DNA of 64,000 nt from Patescibacteria group bacterium (GCA_041666845.1 JBAYGC010000006.1:6-64005), one strand, 5' to 3'. Shown: positions 48,740 through 61,265, counted from the stretch's first letter. Translations and numbers: made by a program. Notes: generated from the letters alone by a model not told the origin.

Positions 48740-48788
48740 TTTTTGGTCTTTAAAAAGCCCTTGTCGGGCTCTGATTTTTCTCAAATAA

Positions 48789-48817
48789 ATCATACCCGAA
48801 ATCGAAATAATTTGCAA
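48789..48817 (-). promoter_or_regulatory. secE-nusG promoter
   Basis: TTGCAA, 17 bp, TATGAT. Confidence 0.7.
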
Positions 48818-48846
48818 GTGCTTCGTTTGAAATTTGTGAAATTACG

Positions 48847-50943
<2,097 letters not shown>

Positions 50944-50960
50944 CTACCTTTCTTCAAGTA

Positions 50961-53348
50961 TTATTGTGCTCGAATTTGAGCGTTAAATTTTTGTTCTAAT
51001 GATTTAATTATCTGATTATGAAATTTTTGCGCCTCCACCAGCGAAAGTGTCCGGTCATTCGCGCGGTAATCCAAATGAAGCGCCATACTTTTCTTGCCTT
51101 CACCGATCTGTTTGCCGATGTATACATCAAACAGCTCCACCCGGGTGAGTAATGCTCCGCCGGATTGCCAAACAACTTGCTCAATTTCTTTATATAATAC
51201 AGTCTGGTCAATAACAAACGCTACATCCAGCATTACGCTGGGATATTTTGGCAACACATTAAATATTTTTAGATTTGTCAGGTAGTCCAGAAACACCACC
51301 AGAAAATAAATCGGCCGGTCCAGATCAAAATTTTTCGCGACTGCAGATGATAGCTGTGACAGTGTCGCCAGCACTTTACCGTTATGGGTAAATTTTAATG
51401 ATTTCCGGGTGCTGTACGCATCCCAATATGGGCAATCACTTGCACCAGCTTTTTCCAACAGGTCACTCTCATATTGCACATTCTGTTCTTCAAAAAGTTG
51501 TTCCAAAACCCCCTTCAGTTCAAAAAATTCCCTGCCGTCTTCTGACCCTCCGGTGATTACTGCACTTAATAACGGCGCCTCGTGAGTTTTACCGCCCGCC
51601 TTTAGAGAATACACGTTGGACAGTTCAAACAATTTCAGATTTTCTGTTTGCTTCAGATTTTCGTGAATATTATTCAGAAGACCTGACAGCAGTTCGCTTC
51701 GCATATACTGCTGATTTGAGGCAAGCGGGTTGGCGATTTCAACATGATCTGCGGTTTTCAAACCCAGTTTCTTAATATTTTCACCGCTGGTAAAGGAATA
51801 ATTATAGGCTTCAGTAAATCCCCTTCCTTTAAAGTAGGTCTTTATCTGTCTGGTTCTAGATAGATATTTCGGCTCGACCGGCGGTTCTAAATTACCGTTT
51901 GGCACAGATTCGCCCAGTTTATTGTAGCCGTAAATTCTAGAAACCTCTTCAATAATATCTTCCGGTATTTTCAAATCAGGTCGGTATGTCGGCACCAATA
52001 CTTCCAGCGAATTTTTCCCTCGCTTGGAAACCTCAGCACCCAGTGAGTTCAATATAGAAATAATTTCTTTGACCGGAATTTTAATTCCAAGAATATTCTC
52101 AATCCGGTCGGTACTGACTGTAATTTTGGCAGGTTCAATCTGCCATTTACCGATATCAACTATTTGTTCCAATATAGCGTCCGGCAACATTTCTTTCAAC
52201 AGGAAATATGTATATGTTAAATTTGCCAATGTTTGATTGGGATCAACTGTCTTTTCGTAACGGCCGACCGCGTCTGTTCTGTGCCCCAGCTTGCGTGAAG
52301 TACGGCGGATTGTAATTGGATCAAAGGTTGCTGCCTGCAAAACAATTGTCGTAGTTTTATCGCCGATTTCGCTGTTCGCACCGCCCATGATTCCGGCCAG
52401 GTCGATTATCCTTTCCGCATCTTCAATAATCAGCATACCTGATTCAAGATTCCAATTTTTTCCGTCCAGTGTTGTCACTTTTTCACCGTTTTTTGCCGGA
52501 CGGACTGTCATTGTTTTCCCTTGAATTTTATCATAGTCAAAAGCGTGTAAAGGCTGACCGCGATCCAGCATAATGTAGTTTGTCAGATCCACAATATTAT
52601 TAATTGACCGTACACCGACTGATTCCAAACGTTTCTGCATCCATTCCGGGGAAGGTCCGATTTTGATTCCGCTAATCACCAGCGCTGAATAACGCGGGCA
52701 CAATTTTACATCCTCAACTGCCACATTAACAACCTGATTCTTTTTCGCTGTCTCTTTAATATCGTAAAATTCCTTTTTGAGTTTCAATCCCGTAATCGCT
52801 GCAATCTCCCGGGCAACACCAAAGTGCCCCATTAGATCCGGCCGGTTAGCCAGTACATCCAAATCAAGCACCACGTCATCCAATCCTAACTCCCTAACAA
52901 CATCCGTCCCAATTTTCGCCTTGTTGTCCAGAAACAATATTTCATGATCACCTTTTTTCGGCAAACCAAGTTCTTCCGCCGAGCAGATCATCCCGCAGGA
53001 TTCCACGCCTCGGATATTCGCTTTTTTCAGTTCCATACCGTTCGGCAGTTTCGCTCCCACCATCGCGAATGGAACTTTCCTACCAAGAGATTCCGGCTTG
53101 ATATTAACTCCCCCACAAACAACTTCAAATTTTTCTTTACCATTATTAACCGTTACCAGATTCAGTTTGTCGGCATTGGGATGTTTTTTGATACCTAAAA
53201 TTTCCGCGACCACCACTTTAGAAATATTACCGCCGGCTTTTTCAATTGTGTTCACTTCAACTGAACGGATCGTCAAATCATCTGCCAGTTTTTCTGGAGT
53301 TGTCTGGATCGCAACATATTCTTTTAACCAATTAAGTGAAACTTTCAT
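50961..53348 (-). CDS. pheT: phenylalanyl-tRNA synthetase beta
   Basis: HPNADKL, NRPDL, GQPLHAFD, RPDL...D.IEE, FDX-ACB domain. Confidence 0.97.
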   Translation of the reverse strand: MKVSLNWLKEYVAIQTTPEKLADDLTIRSVEVNTIEKAGGNISKVVVAEILGIKKHPNADKLNLVTVNNGKEKFEVVCGGVNIKPESLGRKVPFAMVGAKLPNGMELKKANIRGVESCGMICSAEELGLPKKGDHEILFLDNKAKIGTDVVRELGLDDVVLDLDVLANRPDLMGHFGVAREIAAITGLKLKKEFYDIKETAKKNQVVNVAVEDVKLCPRYSALVISGIKIGPSPEWMQKRLESVGVRSINNIVDLTNYIMLDRGQPLHAFDYDKIQGKTMTVRPAKNGEKVTTLDGKNWNLESGMLIIEDAERIIDLAGIMGGANSEIGDKTTTIVLQAATFDPITIRRTSRKLGHRTDAVGRYEKTVDPNQTLANLTYTYFLLKEMLPDAILEQIVDIGKWQIEPAKITVSTDRIENILGIKIPVKEIISILNSLGAEVSKRGKNSLEVLVPTYRPDLKIPEDIIEEVSRIYGYNKLGESVPNGNLEPPVEPKYLSRTRQIKTYFKGRGFTEAYNYSFTSGENIKKLGLKTADHVEIANPLASNQQYMRSELLSGLLNNIHENLKQTENLKLFELSNVYSLKAGGKTHEAPLLSAVITGGSEDGREFFELKGVLEQLFEEQNVQYESDLLEKAGASDCPYWDAYSTRKSLKFTHNGKVLATLSQLSSAVAKNFDLDRPIYFLVVFLDYLTNLKIFNVLPKYPSVMLDVAFVIDQTVLYKEIEQVVWQSGGALLTRVELFDVYIGKQIGEGKKSMALHLDYRANDRTLSLVEAQKFHNQIIKSLEQKFNAQIRAQ

Positions 53349-53359
53349 TTTTTTGTGAT

Positions 53360-53413
53360 GTCACTTCGAGCGAAGCCGAGAAGTCTAGATTTCTCCACTA
53401 CGGTCGAAATGAC
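53360..53413. repeat. minimal GTCACTTCGA...TCGAAATGAC palindromic element
   Basis: Core of composites at 29788-29902 and 37285-37394. Confidence 0.85.
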
Positions 53414-53420
53414 CTGCTTG

Positions 53421-54461
53421 TTAAAATTGTTTTAAAAATCTTATATCGTTCTCAAACAAAGCGCGGATGTCAGCTATCTTATGTTTAATCATCAAGGGTC
53501 TTTCAATGCCGAATCCGAACGCGAAACCCTGATATTTTTTCGGATCGTAATTGGCAGCTTTCAAAACATTCGGGTGGATCATGCCGCAGCCGCCCATTTC
53601 GAGCCAGCCGGTATTTTTACAGGTCGGACATCCCTTGCCGTCACAAATCGTGCAGGAAATATCAAACTCCGCTCCCGGTTCCACAAACGGAAAATACGAA
53701 ATACGAAAACGAACCTTAATATCTTTTTCCAAAATCTCCCTCATAGCATAATGCAGTGTCCCTTTCAGGTCGGAAAATGTAATGTCGGTATCAACAGCGA
53801 CGCCGTCGAATTGGTGGAACATCGGTGTGTGGGAAATATCTTCATCACGGCGGTAGCATTTGCCGGTGGCGATCACCCGCAACGGTGGTTTTCTTTTTTC
53901 CATTGTTCTGACCTGCGATGCGGAGGAGGTATGCGTTCTCAGCAGTAATTCGCCGTATTTACCGACCGATGCATTTTTTTCCTTTTTAATATAAAAAGTG
54001 TCCTGCATATCACGCGCCGGATGGTCTGCTGGCACATTCAAAGCCTGGAAGTTGTAATAATCATTTTCAATTTCCGGCCCGTCCACAATATCAAAATTCA
54101 TGGAGCGGAATACATCCCATATTTTTTCCAGCATCTGAGTGATCGGATGGAGATGACCTTCTTGTGTCCTGACACCCGGCAGCGTGGGGTCGAAAAAGTC
54201 AGCATCTTCTTCTATCTTACCGGAGAATTTTGATTCCGCTGTTTTCAACGCGCCGGCCAGCTCATTTTTAATTTCATTGGCCAGTTTTCCAATTACCGGT
54301 TTCATTTCGTCAGAGATATCCTTGATTTCTCTCAATACTTTTGTAATCTTACCTTTTCTGCCTAAATATTCGATTTCCAGATTTTTCAATTCTTCAGAAT
54401 CGTTAACTTTCTGGATTTCTTCCAGCGCTTTTTGTTTCAGTTGTTCTAAGGTTTTTTTCAT
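53421..54461 (-). CDS. pheS: phenylalanyl-tRNA synthetase alpha
   Basis: HPARDMQDTF, LLRTHTS, YFPFVEP, GFAFGFGIER. Confidence 0.97.
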   Translation of the reverse strand: MKKTLEQLKQKALEEIQKVNDSEELKNLEIEYLGRKGKITKVLREIKDISDEMKPVIGKLANEIKNELAGALKTAESKFSGKIEEDADFFDPTLPGVRTQEGHLHPITQMLEKIWDVFRSMNFDIVDGPEIENDYYNFQALNVPADHPARDMQDTFYIKKEKNASVGKYGELLLRTHTSSASQVRTMEKRKPPLRVIATGKCYRRDEDISHTPMFHQFDGVAVDTDITFSDLKGTLHYAMREILEKDIKVRFRISYFPFVEPGAEFDISCTICDGKGCPTCKNTGWLEMGGCGMIHPNVLKAANYDPKKYQGFAFGFGIERPLMIKHKIADIRALFENDIRFLKQF

Positions 54462-54467
54462 AGAATA

Positions 54468-54875
54468 TTATTCTTGATGCTGTTCATGTTGTTGTACACC
54501 TGGATTTTCCCTGCCCAGAAAAAAGAATTCCAGCAGTCCCAAACCCAAGATAAGCAGAATAGCGTTCCACCAAGTAAAAAGGTTGTTGGCTTGCAGCATT
54601 AAAGAAACCATGATCAGGGAAGAGAATAAGACCGACTGGCGCAATGAAACCCCGATATGCCTGAATAATACTGACCTTTTTACAAATATGGCACGCACAA
54701 AGAAGCCAAATAAGGCAAATGTACCCATAAGCGCCAAAAATAGCATAACATAAAAGGAAAAAAGGCCGACAAAACCGGAACTGAACGGGTCGATATTCAG
54801 AATCACCAACACAAAAGCCCCCCACGAAATGAGGGTCCCGAATCCCATAATTAACAGGTATCTTCTTAACGGCAT
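54468..54875 (-). CDS. 4-TM membrane protein
   Basis: Hydrophobic profile; directly upstream of pheS. Confidence 0.8.
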   Translation of the reverse strand: MPLRRYLLIMGFGTLISWGAFVLVILNIDPFSSGFVGLFSFYVMLFLALMGTFALFGFFVRAIFVKRSVLFRHIGVSLRQSVLFSSLIMVSLMLQANNLFTWWNAILLILGLGLLEFFFLGRENPGVQQHEQHQE

Positions 54876-54995
54876 ATAACACTAAAGAATCTTATCTCAA
54901 CGTAGTTTTTTGAAGAGATTTCCACCTAGATTGTAACAGATTTTAACAGTTTCCGCAAACGATTTTTGGGGACAAAAAACGCCATTTTTCCAAAG

Positions 54996-55038
54996 AAAAA
55001 AGGCTCCGAACATTCGTGGGATGTGAATGGGAACCTTT
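54996..55038 (-). terminator. terminator of GC-rich gene
   Basis: Minus AAAGGTTCC...GGAGCCTTTTTT. Confidence 0.6.
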
Positions 55039-55065
55039 CGTGAACGATGTTTGTACAAAGAGCAA

Positions 55066-55551
55066 CTACTTGTCGCCGGCGGGGAGTGTGGCGAGGAGGT
55101 CGCGGGGCTCAGGGTCCGGGCGCAAATGCTGCGGGCGAAGCTGCAGAACACGAGTCCTGCTTCCTTCGCTGACCACGGTAGTTACCGTGGCAGTCGCCGG
55201 CCGAGTTGAGTCCGCAGGGTAGATCTCCACCAACTGTTTGGCCACCACGAGCATGGCTTTGCCGCAGTAGCTCGACAGGTTGTCGGAGCTGATCATGACA
55301 ATGTACGCAGCATTCGCGTACTTGTTCTTGAGGAGGTTGACCGTCACGAAGGATTCCAACCGGTACTCCTCGCCCTCGACGAGGTCGGACAGCGTGACCA
55401 CCGGGATGCTGAACGCACGCAGATTCTTGATCTGCTGGCGGTAGACGAGACTGCTCCCGATCCCGAGGAGGATCGCGAAGAAGGCGAGGACAGCCCAGAA
55501 ACGGGTGGCGGTGTACCAGTGGTACCGCTTGGCGAGCTGCAAGCTAGGCAT
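55066..55551 (-). CDS. GC-rich orphan single-TM protein (161 aa)
   Basis: SD-like GAAAGGTG; TM at about aa 17-36; C/G-ending codons. Confidence 0.75.
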   Translation of the reverse strand: MPSLQLAKRYHWYTATRFWAVLAFFAILLGIGSSLVYRQQIKNLRAFSIPVVTLSDLVEGEEYRLESFVTVNLLKNKYANAAYIVMISSDNLSSYCGKAMLVVAKQLVEIYPADSTRPATATVTTVVSEGSRTRVLQLRPQHLRPDPEPRDLLATLPAGDK

Positions 55552-55637
55552 GATCTACACCTTTCACTTCCGTGTGTGGAAACACCCTCACGCGTAAGGG
55601 CATTTCAGAGAAGAACCTGATCCACGCGTGACCGAGC

Positions 55638-55666
55638 ATGTTATCATACTTTGGCCAATTTGTCAA
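55638..55666 (-). promoter_or_regulatory. promoter of GC-rich gene
   Basis: TTGACA, 17 bp ending TGA, TAACAT. Confidence 0.7.
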
Positions 55667-55698
55667 CCCTGTTAGAGAGTTTTCTCTAACAGGGTCAA
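55662..55698. mobile_element. CCYGTTAGA-family hairpin flanked by duplicated GTCAA
   Basis: GTCAA-CCCTGTTAGAGA-gttt-TCTCTAACAGG-GTCAA. Confidence 0.75.
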
Positions 55699-55733
55699 TC
55701 CCGCATACGATTAACCTTCAAGGGGGAAAAATC

Positions 55734-55761
55734 ACAGGCGAGGATGCGCATCCTCGCCTGT
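55734..55761. repeat. perfect 28-bp palindrome
   Basis: ACAGGCGAGGATGC|GCATCCTCGCCTGT. Confidence 0.85.
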
Positions 55762-55785
55762 AAGATTACTCAAATAAATATTAAA

Positions 55786-56826
55786 TTATTCCTCTATCCA
55801 GCCGTTTTGGTTGATATTATAGGAAAGAATAGTATTGGCAATTTGATTATAAATACCCTCCAGATCGGAGGCGGACGGTGCGTAGAAATACATGGTCGGA
55901 TCGGTGGCGATATCGTCTCTTAAAAAGTTTTCATTAACACCACTACCCAGACCGATCACGAAAATCAGTACACCGGCGTTGTCCGCTTCATCCGCTTTTG
56001 TTCTGGCATACAGCTCGGCAGTGCTTATTGGTGACGGCACATTCGCCACACCGTCGGTTAACAGAATCTCCACCTTAACATCCCCTACCGGCGCATTTGT
56101 TTGGATACTAGTTGTAGCCAATCTGATCGCGTCGCCGATATTGGTACTGCCGGTCGGCGTAGGAATTATATTAATCGCTGTTTGCGCGGCAGTAAAATCA
56201 TTTGATGCAGTGAAATTTAGTTGCGCGGATTGGTTGTATGATACAATCCCGATTTTATCATAAACTGGATCCATTTCATTGATAAAAGACTTAGCCGCTT
56301 CTTTAGCAAAGATCATTGGCCTCGGCCCCCATGCTCCGCTGTTGTTCTCGCAATCAATTTGATTGAGATAGGCGGGAATTGTGCATCCGGTGCCGTCATA
56401 CCCCATACTGCCGGAACGATCTATGATGTGATAAATTGTAGTGTCATTTCTCGTGGCAGAGGCACCAGCATCGGCGTAGTAACTGGCAACAGTACGCACA
56501 CTATTGGAAAATGTTCCGGTTCCGACCAGTTTGCCGGAAGCCACGCCGGCATTATGCTGTGCCATAACTTCACATTCTACACCATCAACACTAATTGTTG
56601 TCCCAACATAATTCTCATCGGTGCGCAACTGCAGATATCCTTCTTCAATGCAGGTTTGTGCAGAATAAAAGGCTTTTTCCGTGGCGATTTCATTTCGAGC
56701 AATAATCTTTTCCCTGGTTGCGGTAACATTATTGGAAAAGACAAAAAGAAACATAATAATCATTGTAAAAAAGACCATTAATATAGTGATACTGCCTTCC
56801 TGATTTTTTATGCTGGTGTTTTTCAT
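55786..56826 (-). CDS. PilX-like minor pilin fused to VWA domain
   Basis: NQEG-hydrophobic N-terminus, A.Y.A...IEE, MIDAS DRSGS, TN, LLTDG. Confidence 0.85.
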   Translation of the reverse strand: MKNTSIKNQEGSITILMVFFTMIIMFLFVFSNNVTATREKIIARNEIATEKAFYSAQTCIEEGYLQLRTDENYVGTTISVDGVECEVMAQHNAGVASGKLVGTGTFSNSVRTVASYYADAGASATRNDTTIYHIIDRSGSMGYDGTGCTIPAYLNQIDCENNSGAWGPRPMIFAKEAAKSFINEMDPVYDKIGIVSYNQSAQLNFTASNDFTAAQTAINIIPTPTGSTNIGDAIRLATTSIQTNAPVGDVKVEILLTDGVANVPSPISTAELYARTKADEADNAGVLIFVIGLGSGVNENFLRDDIATDPTMYFYAPSASDLEGIYNQIANTILSYNINQNGWIEE

Positions 56827-56827
56827 T

Positions 56828-57340
56828 TTACTGCTGTCTGAAAGATATCGTCGAACTGACTGACGACTCCCCTGTTCCTTTTTCTACATTTACATTAATT
56901 CTTAGCGAGGAGGAAATTTTTTTGAACGAAACCACAGTTACATCAACATCTTCATCCGTTAAGAGTTTCATACTGGAATGATCCGGAATGGAATTAATAT
57001 TCTGGCCATAATACATTTTACCGCCGTCCAGTTCATAAACTGTAATCAGATTATCCGGATTAGCCGGGTCAACATAATAATAGGAATAAATTATTGCTCT
57101 GGTACCGCCCGCTTCAATTGTGACATCATAAGCATTCCGCAATGAATAAGTCATTTTTTCGATCACCTGTCTGGCGTTATGCTGAGCCATTTGCTGGTTG
57201 TTAGTCATTACTCTCTGTTCCGTACTTTGAGCCAGAAACATTGTTAGTGAAAGAGTAACAACACTGGAGATACCCAAATACACCATTAGCTCCATTAGAG
57301 TCGTTCCGAGCTGATTTATTTTGACCTGTTCTGATTTCAT
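56828..57340 (-). CDS. minor pilin (PilW/GspJ-like)
   Basis: G|TTLMEL class III signal. Confidence 0.85.
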   Translation of the reverse strand: MKSEQVKINQLGTTLMELMVYLGISSVVTLSLTMFLAQSTEQRVMTNNQQMAQHNARQVIEKMTYSLRNAYDVTIEAGGTRAIIYSYYYVDPANPDNLITVYELDGGKMYYGQNINSIPDHSSMKLLTDEDVDVTVVSFKKISSSLRINVNVEKGTGESSVSSTISFRQQ

Positions 57341-57828
57341 TGTCCTAACCAGTTAGTAATATAGCTGGCAAATGAGATATCCCTCATATTACCGCGTTCC
57401 TGCCAGGAAACTTTGACATCCAGGCGTCTGGCTTGATTATCTTCAGTACCAGATTCACTCAAATTTCCGGAAACATCCCGATAAGCTTTACCAATATGAA
57501 CAGTACGATAATACTTGCCGTTCAGTTCCTGTTCCGGATGCACAGGATCGCTTGGCGCGACTATTTGAAATACACTGCCATTTTCTTCAATCTGGTAATA
57601 ACCTTCAGCTAAACCACCGATGGTATTCCAATCTGTCTGCTTGATGGCAAAAAGCTGTTCCATTGATTCTTTGGCATAAGCGGTCGCTTCCACTTCCTGC
57701 TTTGCCGCAATCACCAGCTGATGATTTGATCCAATCAGATTGCCGATTGCTAACGAAAAAACCGCTGCTAGGCTGATGCTTAACAGTACTTCAATCAGCA
57801 AACTTCCTTTCTGGTTTTTCCAGTTCAT
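57337..57828 (-). CDS. minor pilin (PilV/GspI-like)
   Basis: QKG|SLLIEVL; V.VSW near C-terminus. Confidence 0.85.
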   Translation of the reverse strand: MNWKNQKGSLLIEVLLSISLAAVFSLAIGNLIGSNHQLVIAAKQEVEATAYAKESMEQLFAIKQTDWNTIGGLAEGYYQIEENGSVFQIVAPSDPVHPEQELNGKYYRTVHIGKAYRDVSGNLSESGTEDNQARRLDVKVSWQERGNMRDISFASYITNWLGQ

Positions 57829-58265
57829 AAAGATGTGATTTTAACCGTGCCGGGGATTCGCACTTCAATGCGATAGTTATTTGCCCCTTCATATAAAGTA
57901 TATAAATCCAAATCCTGTTCTGGGATGCCGGTAAGTTTTTCGAAGACTATATCGTCGGTGGCGGAACAAGTAAATCTAATCGGCAAAGTATAAGTTTCCA
58001 ATATCACATCCGGATTGATTGATAGCAAATCAATGGTGCCACCATTACAGCGAACCGCCCACGCTTTACCGGATTCCGCGGTTTCCGATCTGCTTTGAGC
58101 TTCACGAATAATTTGAGCGACTTTCTCTGACTCAGTATAACTCTGGGTTCCTGTTTTTCCTTTGGCCATTGATATAGCCGCAACACCGGCAATCAGGCTT
58201 ATTGCCGTGATCACAATCAAAACTTCAATTATGGTAAAACCGGGTTGTTTATTTAACTTGTTCAT
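57825..58265 (-). CDS. minor pilin (FimT/GspH-like)
   Basis: G|FTIIEVL; I.F...G.P; ATG at 58265. Confidence 0.85.
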   Translation of the reverse strand: MNKLNKQPGFTIIEVLIVITAISLIAGVAAISMAKGKTGTQSYTESEKVAQIIREAQSRSETAESGKAWAVRCNGGTIDLLSINPDVILETYTLPIRFTCSATDDIVFEKLTGIPEQDLDLYTLYEGANNYRIEVRIPGTVKITSL

Positions 58266-59470
58266 AATACGTTTGCAAAATTCCATAATGGATACATGAC
58301 TGCCAAAGCCAGGCCACCGACTAGTACACCGGTAATCAAAAGTAATATTGGTTCAATTAGCGTTGACAAATTATCACTCCAATTCTGAATGTCATCATCA
58401 TAATATTTTGCCGAATGATGCAGCATGTCATCTAAATATCCGCTTTTTTCACCGGTGGAAACCATTTTCTGAAAAAGTGGCAGGAAAATTTCCGGATTAC
58501 CTTTAAAGATATCAGAAAGTGTTACTCCGCGTCTCACGAATACTTCACCGGACCGGATCGCGTCCCGATAAACAACATTACTTGCCGCATTACTGGCCAA
58601 AATAAGACTTTGGTCAATTGAAACACCGGACTTGGTCAGCATGTGCAGAGATCTGGAAATCATGGCTAAGTTCAATTTCTTGACAACCATCCCAATCATC
58701 GGTAGACGAAGTATCATGCGGTGAATAATTTTTTTAAATTTTTCGGAATACCTGATGCTGAGCCGGAAAGCTAGTACGATTAAAGCAATTCCGATTCCAA
58801 GATACAGACCGTAATTAACCATAAAATTGCTTATGGCGATTAGAACACGGGTGAACACGGGCAACTGAGCGGACACATCGTCATAAATTGCCGCTATTCT
58901 CGGGATGACCACGACCATCATTACGGCCACAATTACAATCATTGTCACAAAAATCAGAGTCGGGTAAACCAAAGCGTTTCTGATTTTTCTGATCAGTTTA
59001 TAATCGCTTTCCTGTTGATTGGTTAAAAATTCCAGCACCTCAATCAGTTTTCCTCCGTGTTCACCAATCCTAATCATTGCTATCGATACCGGCGAAAATA
59101 CATTTTTATGTTTCTCTAATGCAGACGAAAGTGTTCGCCCCGAAACTACGGCCTTTTCCAAATCCGCAATGATAATCTTCATATTAGGATTTGCATTTTG
59201 CTCCCGGGATGACGCTAAAGCGTCCGGCAGATTCAGCCCCGCTTTCATCATAGTCATCAGACTGCGCATGAAAACAATCCGGTCGATTCTGGAAATATAC
59301 CGGAACATACTCTGCCAGAGGGCATTTCGATTTTTAATTTTAGTCAAAGTGACCACCGAATTTCCTTCACTGGACAGCTGTTTGGCAACTTTCTTTTTTG
59401 TCCAACCCTTGGCCAATCCGCGGTGTATAGTATTTTCAACGTCAATTAATGTATATTCAAAATTGATCAT
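58262..59470 (-). CDS. pilC: type IV pilus platform protein (PilC/GspF)
   Basis: AGL.L, GE.GG.L, ALVYP, GEKSG.L, LIEP. Confidence 0.92.
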   Translation of the reverse strand: MINFEYTLIDVENTIHRGLAKGWTKKKVAKQLSSEGNSVVTLTKIKNRNALWQSMFRYISRIDRIVFMRSLMTMMKAGLNLPDALASSREQNANPNMKIIIADLEKAVVSGRTLSSALEKHKNVFSPVSIAMIRIGEHGGKLIEVLEFLTNQQESDYKLIRKIRNALVYPTLIFVTMIVIVAVMMVVVIPRIAAIYDDVSAQLPVFTRVLIAISNFMVNYGLYLGIGIALIVLAFRLSIRYSEKFKKIIHRMILRLPMIGMVVKKLNLAMISRSLHMLTKSGVSIDQSLILASNAASNVVYRDAIRSGEVFVRRGVTLSDIFKGNPEIFLPLFQKMVSTGEKSGYLDDMLHHSAKYYDDDIQNWSDNLSTLIEPILLLITGVLVGGLALAVMYPLWNFANVL

Positions 59471-59478
59471 GTTCGTGG

Positions 59479-61152
59479 TTATTTAGTTACCCTGATTACC
59501 TCTTCCAAGGTTGTTTGTTTATTAAGTACTTTAATTATTCCGTCTTCATACATTGTCCTCATATTCTTGGCTTGCGCTGATTTTTCTATTGCCGAAGTAT
59601 GCGCCCGGTTGATAATTAAATCATGAATGTCTTCATCCATTTTCAATACTTCAAAGATTCCGGTTCTTCCGGAATAACCGGTATTGAGACACTCCGGACA
59701 ACCTTTGCCTTTCGCAACAATTGACTGTTCTGTATTAGAATTAGAGTATTTTTGTATTGATTCATTAGAAATTGAATCGAGGGCATATTCCGTTTTACAG
59801 GAATCGCAAATATTCCGTACTAACCGCTGGCCAATAATTGCTTTCAGGGTGGATGCGATCAAATACGGCTCCACTCCCATATCCAGCAGTCTCGGAATTG
59901 CGGCGGCGGCGCTGTTAGTATGTAAAGAAGTTAAAACTAAATGACCGGTCATTGCCGCGTTAATTGCGATGGTTGCTGTTTCTTTATCCCGAATTTCTCC
60001 GATCATAATAATATCCGGATCCTGACGCAATATTGAACGTAAGCCATTGGCAAAATTTAAGTCCACATGCGGATTTACCTGTATCTGATTCGCACCGGTC
60101 AAATGGTATTCGATCGGATCTTCGATTGTGGAAATATTCACTTGTTGGTTATTAATCTCTTTCACAAGAGAATATAAAGTCGTTGTCTTACCTGAACCGG
60201 TCGGTCCGGTAATTAAAATCATTCCGTTGGAAAATCCCAGTATTTTTTTCAAATCTTCACGGTTGTTTTTTTCCAAACCCAAAGTATCCAGTGAAAGTTT
60301 TTCATTATCCGTATCCAGAAATCTTAATGAAGCTTTTTGGCCGTGCAATGTCGGAATAATAGATAAACGCACCGCAACTTTATATCCCGATTCATTAAAA
60401 CTAAACCGGCCGTCCTGCGGACGCATGTGCTCGTCAATACGAATTTGAGACAGTATTTTAGTACGCGCGATTACCGGTGCCAGCAGTTCTTTCGGCAAAG
60501 TAAAAAATTCGTGAAGCATTCCGTCCATCCGAAAACGAACTGAAACTGAATCCTCACGGGGTTCAATATGCATATCGCTTGCCTCACTTTTTATGCCGAA
60601 AATTATCATTTGGTTCAGCAGTGAAATGATCGGCGCTTCCTGTCCCATTGTTTCCGGAGTGTTGTTAATCCGGCAAGCTCTGACAATCAGTTCATCAATT
60701 GCTTTTTTGCTGGATTCCGCGGAATTATTGAAAGTTTCCTCCAAATATTGTTTGATATCCCTCTGATTGGCCAGATACACCGCTACATCCTTATTCAGTG
60801 ATCTTTTTACATAGGCAATCAGTTCCGTATTTTCCGGTCTGGCCATTGCCACATAAACATATGCTTCGTCTTCCTGAAAAGGCAATACTAAATGTTCAAG
60901 ACAAATAGAAGACGGGAGTTTTTTGACTACATCTGAATATATTTTTACCTGGTTCAGATCAACCACCTGTAGTGAATGTGAGTCCTGCAGTAATGAAATC
61001 AGCTTGGATGATGGAACTATCCCCTGTTCAATACAAAAATCCAAAACATTGCCCATCTGGAGTTTTTCGTACTCTTTGAGCTTATTGGATGTTTCTTTGG
61101 ATAAGATACCCTCTTTTCTTAGGGCATCAGTTACTTGTTTGGTTGCAATCAT
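59479..61152 (-). CDS. pilB: type IV pilus assembly ATPase (PilB/GspE)
   Basis: ASDMHIEP, GPTGSGKTT, EDPIE, LRQDPD, TGHLV, Cys zinc motif. Confidence 0.93.
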   Translation of the reverse strand: MIATKQVTDALRKEGILSKETSNKLKEYEKLQMGNVLDFCIEQGIVPSSKLISLLQDSHSLQVVDLNQVKIYSDVVKKLPSSICLEHLVLPFQEDEAYVYVAMARPENTELIAYVKRSLNKDVAVYLANQRDIKQYLEETFNNSAESSKKAIDELIVRACRINNTPETMGQEAPIISLLNQMIIFGIKSEASDMHIEPREDSVSVRFRMDGMLHEFFTLPKELLAPVIARTKILSQIRIDEHMRPQDGRFSFNESGYKVAVRLSIIPTLHGQKASLRFLDTDNEKLSLDTLGLEKNNREDLKKILGFSNGMILITGPTGSGKTTTLYSLVKEINNQQVNISTIEDPIEYHLTGANQIQVNPHVDLNFANGLRSILRQDPDIIMIGEIRDKETATIAINAAMTGHLVLTSLHTNSAAAAIPRLLDMGVEPYLIASTLKAIIGQRLVRNICDSCKTEYALDSISNESIQKYSNSNTEQSIVAKGKGCPECLNTGYSGRTGIFEVLKMDEDIHDLIINRAHTSAIEKSAQAKNMRTMYEDGIIKVLNKQTTLEEVIRVTK

Positions 61153-61236
61153 CTTTTTGCCAGATAGAATTTGCTAAGGTAAGCACATTTTTTTACCATC
61201 AAATGCTTTACTTTATTATTACTACTAAAACATGCC

Positions 61237-61265
61237 ATCTTATACCGAATTCGATATTATGTCAA
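61237..61265 (-). promoter_or_regulatory. pil cluster promoter
   Basis: TTGACA, 17 bp, TAAGAT. Confidence 0.7.

Noticed and set aside
48740-48846. tRNA-Trp or rpmG expected upstream of secE
   Set aside because: No cloverleaf, T-loop motif or ORF present.
54484-55222. ORFs 54484..54882, 54897..55151, 55016..55222, 55027..55209
   Set aside because: Overlap better-supported genes or terminator/promoter DNA; no coding features.
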